Made by a program: the position numbers and the translations under genes
Part shown: positions 62,021-64,000 of the stretch, piece after piece
Layout: the number at the start of each line of letters is the position of its first letter
Numbering within the stretch: the stretch's first letter is position 1
The notes under the pieces: model-generated
Told to the model about the DNA's origin: nothing
What the model saw: only the letters and a program-made list of their open reading frames with translations
Database searches by the model: none
From: a bacterium
Lineage (GTDB): Bacteria > Chloroflexota > Dormibacteria > Aeolococcales > Bog-877
DNA length: 64,000 bases
Assembly: GCA_021801645.1 (NCBI GenBank)
Contig: JAJYXT010000065.1
Coordinates: 7,501 to 71,500, forward strand
Direction of reading: 5' to 3'

Positions 62021-63063
62021 CGGCGCCCCACCCGGCGGGCCGGGCGCCCGGACCTGCTGGTCCCAGCCGAGGGACGACGCACCGCGGCTCCCCCGGACGG
62101 CTGCTCTGGCTTCCGGGGGCGGCGGGCCAGGGTGCCGCCGCTGGCACCCGCGTCCCCGGGCCCCCCGCCCCGAGGCAGCTCTCCGAATTCCGCGGCCAGC
62201 TTGGCCCTTGGTGAGTTCGCGGGGTACCAGCCGGCGCCCGGGACCCAGGAGGGCACCTTAAGCCCGCCCCATCCCATCATGGTGAACACCTGCAAAACCA
62301 TCACCAGGCTCTGGGTGATCCAGTAAAGGCCGATGCCCTGGTAGAAGTTGAGGGCGAAGAAGGCGATCATCACCGGCATGAGGTAGGTGGTCTGGGACAT
62401 CACCCGGTACATCTGCCGTTCCGACTCGCTCATGTCCGGGCGCGCCGGCTGCATCATCATCTTGGACTGCATGTAGGTGAGGATCCCGGCCAGAATCGGG
62501 ACCACCAGCAGCAGGGGGTCGCCGACGATCCCGCCTTTCACCTTGAGGGCCACGTCGTTGAGGTTGGAGATCCAGAGGAAGCTGGCGGCGTGGCCGTGCA
62601 GCCCCTTGGAGAGCTTCTCGATGACCAGGTAGAGGGCGTAGATGAACGGCATCTGGATGAGGAGGGGCAGGCAGCCTGAGAGCTGGCTGAAGGGGCTGAG
62701 GCCATGGCGGCGGTACAGCGCCATGGTCTCCTCGTTGAGCCGCTGACGGTCCTTCTTGTACTTCTGCTGCAGCTCCTTGAGCTCGGGCCCCAGCCGCCGC
62801 TGGTCCGCCTGGATCTTCCACTGGGTGCCGATCTGCCAGCGGAAGAGCGGGAAGAGAGCGCCCCGGATGATCAGGGTGAGGGCGATGATGGCCAGCCCGA
62901 ACGCCCCCACAGCATTGGTGGGGCCGAAGTTGCGGAAGCCCTGGTCGAGGAGGTAGAGGATGAAGCCGACTGGGGTCAGGAGGACGTAGAAGAGCACCGC
63001 CAGGAAGGGGTTGGTGGGCGGCGGCGACATCGGGTTGATGAGGGCGACCATCTCAGGTGCCAT
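62017..63063 (-). CDS. yidC: Membrane protein insertase
   Basis: [29 protein letters not shown]; no large periplasmic domain. Confidence 0.94.
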   Translation of the reverse strand: MAPEMVALINPMSPPPTNPFLAVLFYVLLTPVGFILYLLDQGFRNFGPTNAVGAFGLAIIALTLIIRGALFPLFRWQIGTQWKIQADQRRLGPELKELQQKYKKDRQRLNEETMALYRRHGLSPFSQLSGCLPLLIQMPFIYALYLVIEKLSKGLHGHAASFLWISNLNDVALKVKGGIVGDPLLLVVPILAGILTYMQSKMMMQPARPDMSESERQMYRVMSQTTYLMPVMIAFFALNFYQGIGLYWITQSLVMVLQVFTMMGWGGLKVPSWVPGAGWYPANSPRAKLAAEFGELPRGGGPGDAGASGGTLARRPRKPEQPSGGAAVRRPSAGTSRSGRPARRVGRR

Positions 63064-63298
63064 GCGGCACCTCCTCCTGGGGTAGCGGCACCGGGTCGTA
63101 GCCCCCAGCGTGGAAGGGGTTGCAGCGCAGAATCCGCCGCACCCCCATCAGCCAGCCCCGTCCGAAGCCGTACAGCTGAATAGCCTCATACGTGTAGTGG
63201 GAGCAGGTCGGCTCGTACCGGCAGCCCCCCACCAACCCGAGCACCGGGCTCAGCGAGACCTGGTAGAAGGTGATCAGCCAGAGGGACAGCTTCTTCAA
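63053..63298 (-). CDS. yidD: Membrane protein insertion efficiency factor
   Basis: [25 protein letters not shown]. Confidence 0.95.
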   Translation of the reverse strand: MKKLSLWLITFYQVSLSPVLGLVGGCRYEPTCSHYTYEAIQLYGFGRGWLMGVRRILRCNPFHAGGYDPVPLPQEEVPHGT

Positions 63299-63624
63299 AG
63301 CGCTCCTGCCCGGGCCAGCACCCGGTGCAACGCCTCCCGGAGCTCCGGGAAGGTTGCCGGGAGCGCCGCCGCGGTGGGGATCACCACCACATCCACCGGC
63401 CCCATGGAGGGGAGCTCCCGATCACAGAGGGCGCGCAGCCGGCGGCGGGTCCGGTTGCGGGCCACGGCTCCCCCAACGCGCCGGGAGACGGCGAACCCGA
63501 TCCTGGGATGGCCGTCCGGGCGCGGGCGCACCTGAACGCGAACGAGAGGGTCCCCGGCGCCGCGCCGCTCAGCCCGCACTGCCGCGAAATCCCTGGAGCT
63601 GCGGAGGCGGTTACGCCGTCTCAC
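63295..63624 (-). CDS. rnpA: Ribonuclease P protein component
   Basis: [32 protein letters not shown]; GTG overlaps the rpmH stop. Confidence 0.95.
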   Translation of the reverse strand: MRRRNRLRSSRDFAAVRAERRGAGDPLVRVQVRPRPDGHPRIGFAVSRRVGGAVARNRTRRRLRALCDRELPSMGPVDVVVIPTAAALPATFPELREALHRVLARAGAL

Positions 63625-63767
63625 CGCACCCGGGCGGGCGTCAGCCGGCGCCGGCCCTTGAGGCGCCGCCGCTTGAGGACGCGCACTCCCCCCGGGGTCG
63701 ACATCCGGGCGCGAAACCCGTGCACCTTCCTCCGATACCGCTTCTTGGGCTGGTAGGTTCGCTTGAT
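63621..63767 (-). CDS. rpmH: 50S ribosomal protein L34 with ATC start codon
   Basis: (I/M)[47 protein letters not shown]; SD GAGGAG 7 nt upstream of ATC; in-frame TAG five codons upstream. Confidence 0.95.
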   Translation of the reverse strand: MKRTYQPKKRYRRKVHGFRARMSTPGGVRVLKRRRLKGRRRLTPARVR

Positions 63768-64000
63768 GACCGGTCTCCTCTAGGCCGCCAGCCCCCGCGG
63801 GACGCGGCACCCTTCCACCTCGCACTGGGCGCGGACGTGAGGAAGGATACCAGAGGCTGTAGAGACCCTCCCCGGGGGATTCGAGGCGGCGTGAACTAGG
63901 GGCAGCTCCAGCTGCCATCGACTGAGCCGGAGTTGGTCCCAAACGTGGTGGTGTTCCCCGAGGACTGGACCGAGGGCTCCTGCCCTACGGGGGGGCCGAA

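Noticed and set aside
63784-64000. Possible oriC/DnaA boxes upstream of rpmH
   Set aside because: No TTATCCACA-like box seen in the available sequence; the origin probably lies beyond the window.

Overview
High-GC (roughly 70%) bacterial chromosomal segment next to the replication origin. It ends in rpmH-rnpA-yidD-yidC-jag and carries parAB with a perfect parS, plus gyrB/gyrA. Gene content (YidC without a periplasmic domain, a FemAB-family transferase, split gcvPA/gcvPB) suggests a monoderm Terrabacteria lineage such as Dormibacterota/Chloroflexota/Actinomycetota; this is inference only. From left to right: a frameshifted GH5; a coxSLM-like molybdoenzyme cluster with a PYRGAGR loop (not form I CODH) and its maturation genes; a proS-dinB-NUDIX-moaC-PucR operon; an ABC exporter; two trkA genes; gyrB-plsX-gyrA; ArsR-rhodanese/MFS with a perfect operator; a Upf1-like helicase with poly-Arg tails; an ECF sigma pair; a glycine cleavage operon headed by a sigma70-like protein lacking region 4; zwf; femAB; nfeD-SPFH; parAB. 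I saw no tRNA, rRNA, CRISPR array or transposase. The most striking signal is unusual translation initiation. At least four conserved genes (rpmH ATC, pcm CTG, S51 peptidase CTG, GAF-PucR ACG/CTG), and probably the helicase (CTG), lack an ATG/GTG/TTG start that would include their conserved N-termini. About 11 other genes look leaderless (TANNNT 6-9 nt before the start codon).
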